Below are positions 58,312 to 64,000 of a DNA stretch of 64,000 bases, piece by piece; position 1 is the first letter of the stretch; each line of letters begins with the position of its first letter. Source of the stretch: the human T2T-CHM13v2.0 reference genome, Homo sapiens; NCBI RefSeq assembly GCF_009914755.1, contig NC_060935.1. One strand, written 5' to 3'. The position numbers were made by a program, and so were the translations under genes. Below the pieces are notes generated by a model. The model saw nothing but the letters and a program-made list of their open reading frames with translations. It was not told where the DNA came from and ran no database searches.

Positions 58312-58769
58312 GAATATTTCACAAACAAGTCCTATTGTTATAATCTCAGTACTGGCTTTGCTTTCTTCTGAGATAGACTTAAAATGTTGTGAAGATAAAA
58401 AAGTCCAAGAAAACAGTGTTGAATGGTGCTGAATCAATTTTTTCCGACTATAGGAACACTGGAAACGTTACTGCTTGCATTTGGATGGTCTGCGTTTTAA
58501 CTAAAAATACATATTAGAATAATGTGTAATGCAAATAAATAAAGTAGAGTTTATTGGTTGTAGGAAAATAAAGAGTAATACATTTTATATTCTATGAAAC
58601 ATTGCATATATGCTGATGACTAAAGATTGTTAACAATAAAGCTAATTGTTCTTATCGTAGTGAAAGTGATTTACCTCTCCATGATAACAGGTCATAAATT
58701 GATTAAGAAAAAACAAAAACAACTCATTCTAGGTAAAGAGGGTAATGTGATTGTAGCAATAAACTGGTA

Positions 58770-59131
58770 GTGCCTAACAAAACACCTCAAAACTGCATGG
58801 ATTAAAATAACATCCATGTAATTTACACAAAATTGTGTTGCTCTTCTAGGCAGTGTTCCTGGGTCACTTGTGTGGCTGTACTAATCTGCCTACTCACCAC
58901 TAATCTGCTGGGCCATTTATCTCCAGCAAGGTAGTCCTAGTCATGCTTTGTCACATACTGACAGCGTTCCAAGAAGGTAAACCCTAAAGTGCAAATGCCT
59001 CTGCTTATGTCTTGTTTGCTGAAGTCTCACTGGCCAAAGAAAATCATATGAGTAAGCCCAAGATCAGTGAGGGTGAGGACTATGCTATGGCATGCACAGA
59101 TGGAAGCATGATTTATTGGTGGCCATTATTA
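58770..59131 (-). mobile_element. MLT1H/J-type LTR
   Basis: 'taacaaaacacctcaaaact...cactggccaaagaaaatcatatg'. Confidence 0.65.
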
Positions 59132-60009
59132 TGTGGGGGTCAAGGTTCTTTACCCCCTAAAGTTTAGCTGAAAAATCACCAACATTAGGTAGACTGATTA
59201 GTAGGAGAAAAGGCATACAAATTAATTTAATGTATATACCTGGGAACCTGGGAGTCTTCAGAATAAAGACCCACCCCCTAATAAGATACAGAAGCTTATG
59301 TACCATCTCAAGGTTATAGAAAAGAAATGTAGGTGCAAAGCATGTCCAAAAACAGGTCATGGTGATAAATGTAGTTTTAGTGGCAAGACAAGTTACGGGG
59401 AGGGAGAGGGTAAAAGGCCTGGCTATCAAAATTGGCCTTGTTATTTAGATAAAGCCTCATAGGTAGACCTCCTCAGATAGAATAGATGATCAATGTTTCT
59501 TTTCAGATTTTTTTTTTTTTTTTTTGAGACAGAGTATTGCTCTGTCACCCAGCCTGGAGTGCAGTGGCGAGATCTCTGCTCACTGCAAGCTCTGCCTCCC
59601 AGGTTCACCCCATTCTCCTGCTTCAGCCTCCTGAGTAGCTGGGACTACAAGTGCCCCCCTACCACGCCTGGCTAATTTTTTTATATTTTTAGTAGAGACG
59701 GGGTTTCACCGTATTAGCCAGGTTGGTCTCGATCTCCTGACCTCGTGATCCACCCGCCTCGGCCTCCCAAAATGCTGGGATTACAGGCGTAAGCCACCAA
59801 GGCCAGCCTCTTTTAAGATATTTAAAGGTGTCAGACTAAGTTAATCTTTCTTAGATCCAGGAAAGTCCTAGAAAGGGAATTCCTAGAAGCCTTAATGGGA
59901 ATTCTCTATAGATACAAATTTTTCCCACCTCAGTCTGCTGGCCCTATAGCAACCATTTCAAAATATGTCAAAGAAATCTATTTGGTGGTAAAATATTTGA
60001 TTTCCTTCA
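59132..60009 (-). mobile_element. ERV1 MER4-group solo LTR interrupted by an Alu
   Basis: TG...CA ends; 'ccatttcaaaatatgtcaaagaaat...aaatatttgatttccttca' is shared with the MER4 LTR at 60.7 kb. Confidence 0.7.
59508..59808 (-). mobile_element. AluY-like
   Basis: 'ctgcaagctc...ttcacc...gatctcctgacctcgtgatcc'; TSD TCTTTT(C/A)AGAT. Confidence 0.93.
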
Positions 60010-60189
60010 ACTGCAACACTTTGGTACAATGATTCATCTATCTATACATCTATTTATATGTATATCTATCTCTATCTACCTATGTATCTCTATATATTTC
60101 TAGTATATTCCTACCGTCATCTCTGAACACAGTAGGTAGGTAGTAAGGTGTTGATGAACACCTTGCTTATGCCAAAATAAGTAAAATAT

Positions 60190-61615
60190 TCCTTAAAAAT
60201 GTATTCGGAGACAAATATGAGTTACCATTGCCCAGAGCAGTCTTGAGAAGATCTGAGGACATGTTCCCAACGTGGTTGGGTTGCAGCTTGGTTTTACACA
60301 TTTAGAGAGTAATGCAATTCTAGCAATAAACTAGTGGTACTAACATATTAATACATGTGAGGTATCAATACATGTGAGGTATACATTGGGGTTGGTCCAG
60401 AAAGGTGGGACATCTCCAAGTGGGAGCTTTTAAGTCATATGTGGATTGAAAAATGTCCTAATTGGCAATTGGTTAAAAGAGTTACATTTTGCTTAAAATT
60501 GAAACCAGAAGAATAAAATGCTTGGGGTTAAGGTAGCCAGGGGGTTATGGAAGCTAAGGTTCTTATTCTGTAAAAAAAGCCTCCATGTAGCAGGCTTCAG
60601 AGAGTATAGATGGTAAATTTTTCTTATCAGCCTTTAAAAGGTGCCATACTCTTTATTATATCTCTCCTGAATCAAGAATGAACTGGAAACAGGAGGGAAT
60701 TTTCTACAGGTTGTAAATTTTCACCAGAAGAGACAGCTTTGCAGGGCCATTTCAAAGTATGTCAAAGGAATATATTTGGGGGTAAAATGTTTTGACTTTC
60801 TTCAGGGCCTGTTATCTGTTATGTATGTTATACTAGAATCAGGTTGGAATTTGGTATCTTCTTGCTACAAAGAGTCTGTTTTGTTTTGTCAGTCTTAAGA
60901 TCCCTGTTTCAGTGTTAATACTGGTGAGACTGACCTAATTGTTCCAGAGTCGATGTTTATGAATTTTTTTTCAACAAACTAGAAATTGATCCTCCCAGTC
61001 CTAAAACTTGAGAGAGTTATATTTGTCTTATCTGACAAATATTTGTCTTTTATTTGTCTTTCCTTTCTCAGGAAACCAACCATCAGGTCTCCCAGAAAGT
61101 AGCAAGGAGCTAAGACTTATCGGATTACTGCATTTGGACAATAAGATGTCAAAGCCCTTACCTGTCATGATTATATAACAGAAAAACTGTTTTCTGTTAA
61201 CCAACTCCTCTTCCTCATCCCTCTTTAATTCTCATCTTCCCACAAATGGTTGCATTTCTTCACTACAATATACCCCTAATGTCAGTCAGTCAGGGAGTTG
61301 GATTTGAGACTGATCTCCCATCTCCTTGGCTACAGCACCCAATTAAAGCCTTCTTCCTTGGCAATACTCATTTTTCTCAGTGACTGGCTTTCTGTGCAGC
61401 AAGTAGTAGGGCCTAGACTGAACCACTGGTGATTTGGTAACACTGGTCAGTTTGGCCTAAACTCCAAAGGATGGAGAGTATAATGAGACATGTGTGGACC
61501 TCACACTGTCTCTTAATGGCCTGAACTGTTCTCTTTCAGGTTTTTGGAATCCCCTTGGCTAAGTAGGGGTCCTTTCAGTTGGTTGAAGGGCTTAGAATTA
61601 TATTTTCAGTTTACA
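60190..61615 (-). mobile_element. MER4-family (ERV1) LTR split by a LOR1a LTR
   Basis: 'gcagcttggttttacacattt...ggtccagaaaggtggga' and terminus 'gggcttagaattatattttcagtttaca'. Confidence 0.8.
60925..61442 (+). mobile_element. LOR1a-like solo LTR nested in the MER4 LTR
   Basis: TG...CA ends; 4-bp TSD CTGG at 60921-60924 and 61443-61446. Confidence 0.85.
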
Positions 61616-62699
61616 AAGGGAAAAGACAGCAAACAAAAGCCACAGAAACCATAAAAAGGTGAGAATTATCTTCCTTTAACCTCTAGTAACCTCAGAGGAA
61701 GAATTAATTATCACCTCTCCTTTTAAACTGTATAGCTATTGGTTGCCTAAGTCTTGCAGAAGAACATAAAAACTTCAAAACAATGATATTATGCATATAA
61801 GATAGTAGATACCTCAGAAACACGGTCTTTTAGAAAAATAATGTGATCACAATCTTATAGAGTGTTTATCAATTTCAACATCTTCATTGTGCATGACAAG
61901 TGGTTTCCTGCTCAGAAGTAGTTCAGGGGAGTGAAAAAAAATGGATTTCAGGGTCAGGTTGATCCAGGTTCAAACTGAATTTAGTCTCCAAGCTACAATT
62001 ATTTTTTAACTGAGGATAATGTCACCTATTACGTAATCACTTTGTAAATATCATATGCATTTTTAATGACCCAAAGTCAATTTTAGTGTCTTGAGCAGAG
62101 AGATTTGTTATCACTGACCTCACAGCAGGAATTTTTCAGTTAATAATCTCAAAACACAGTTGAATATTCTAACTTTAGGAATGCTACAGGCAGAAAGTAG
62201 AGAAGGGGATGAACAAAGGTTCTACAGTTGGCTTATTCCCTGTTCAGCCTTGAGATGCTTACTTTTGTTTCATTGACCATTTGTTTTGCCTTGTGTGGAC
62301 TGAAGGGGTAAAAGGATAGCTGGGGCCTGGAGAAGTCTGAGTTGTACTGGAGGTGAATCCTACTGAGGAAGCACATTCAGATCATTGTTAACCTTCCTCT
62401 CTGAAGGGGAGGCCCTGGGGTGATATATTTTAAAAGAGTTAAAAACTATCTGACATGTTTGCCTCCTAAGCAAGTTTAGCGCTGCTACACAAGCAGCCCA
62501 GGGAAGCTGGGAGCGGGTTTAGAAATGTGGAGATAATAAGCCTTGCTCCTTTTCTGCCATAAGAGCATCAGGGAAGCTTTTCCTCCCTTTTGCATGCTTA
62601 GAGAAAGGAATTTTATCCAGTACTCTTATTTTATTCTCTTCTTTTTCTTGTTTTCTTTTTTCCTTTTCCTTTCTCCTTAATTCCCTGCTCCAAGTCAGC

Positions 62700-63900
62700 C
62701 ATCCTGTAATGATTATCTGTTGTTGGTAATGCCCAGTGGTGCCAAGCCTTACAAGTCATGAAATTTGAATTGCTCTTTTCTGTCTTCTTTCAGACATCTT
62801 CCTATAGGAGTAACGTATTTCCATGGAATCAGACCTTGTCTCTCAGCACTGCATGACCTGTGCTGTTGGCTTTAGTTAGAAAGAGATTGATTTGTCTTTC
62901 TCATTTACACCTCATTCATTCTTCCCCACTGGCATCTACTTTTGTCAGACACATACCTTACCCTTCCAGCAGCGTCAACTTTCTTCTTTAGAGAAATCAA
63001 TCACCTCTTTCGATAGGTCTAACGTGACCCACCTCAACCCATCCGAAATTTGATTTTTCTTGGCATGTGTGTTGATTTTCTAGCTTTCCAACCGACATTT
63101 AATAGTCAATTCATTTGAAATTGAACCCATCATACCCTCATCATCACCTCCTCTCCACACCAAGAATGGTAACCTAACTTCTTGATCTAAACTGACAGTA
63201 ACATTCCAAAGTCATATCTGACTCCATTTTCACTTGTGCCTTTTATAGCACAAGTCAAGTCCTGGTGATTCTGTCTGTTTAATATTTTACTTATCTTCCT
63301 ATGTTCCTTTCTTCTCTCTATCCATTAATTTTTCTTTAAAAAAAATCTGTCAAAACTTTTCTCTTGTGATTTCTTTAATTGCCTTTCATTCCTCTTCCCT
63401 TTCAATCCATCTTACACCCAAGTGCCAAACTCATCTCTCTGAAGCTTAGTCTTGCTCATGTCCCTTTATTTGCTTTCTCTTGCTGATAGGAAAAAGAAAA
63501 CAAACAAAAAAAAAATGTTCCAAAAGCCTGAATCTAAATCCCAACAACCATATTCTATTAATATTTCTGGGGCTCTTAAGGGCCTATGTTTTCTTAGTCA
63601 CTCTTATTCTATTGTCCCTCTCTTTACTGAAGCTATTCTCTTTTCTTAGCCCCAGGTTAACTCAAAGCAAACACAGTCACTTTTCCCTTAACCACCTTCA
63701 CCCAAAAGTGCCAACTCCATGAAGCACTATATATTAATAGAATTTGCTAAGGATTATCGAAGCAACAGATAGTGGTATAGTTAATAATATTTTATATTAA
63801 AATACATTAGGATATTTGCATCTATGCTGGACAATAGAAATGACTTATTGTGCACTTTTGTTCCTAGCAGCCTTACCCTGTGCTGCATTTCTGAGGCCCT
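62700..63900. mobile_element. L2 fragments
   Basis: Pyrimidine-rich decayed L2 motifs such as 'tgactccattttcact...caagtcctggtgattct'. Confidence 0.5.
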
Positions 63901-64000
63901 TTCTAAATTAACAACTCTTTTTTGTAAACCTTACCCGTCTGAGATCATCAATTTCTCATATTTTCTTCCAAGTATAAATTTAGCCTTCACAGATTGATGC

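Overview
This window is AT-rich, CpG-poor catarrhine-primate (human-like) genomic DNA made mostly of interspersed repeats. I found no credible protein-coding exon, CpG island or functional RNA gene, and no new biological system. The recognisable ORFs are read-throughs of Alu, L1, MaLR, Tigger or simple repeats, and the rest look like chance ORFs. Main content: a full-length THE1C-like provirus with 5-bp TSDs; an internally deleted MSTA-type provirus with TSDs; solo MaLR and ERV1 LTRs, some nested; a TSD-flanked, internally scrambled L1MA; a near full-length Tigger1; a decayed hAT-Charlie transposase; MER2, MER20, MER30 and MER33; nine Alus including an AluYd-type copy; a U6 retrocopy; and a ~400-bp polypyrimidine (GAA/TTC) tract. 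The most interesting observations are several template-switch or templated-insertion scars, the scrambled L1, one coding-like island I could not assign (~42.7-44.5 kb), and a minus-strand bias of retroelements suggesting a + strand intron. Subfamily names come from recalled consensus motifs and need Dfam/RepeatMasker confirmation.
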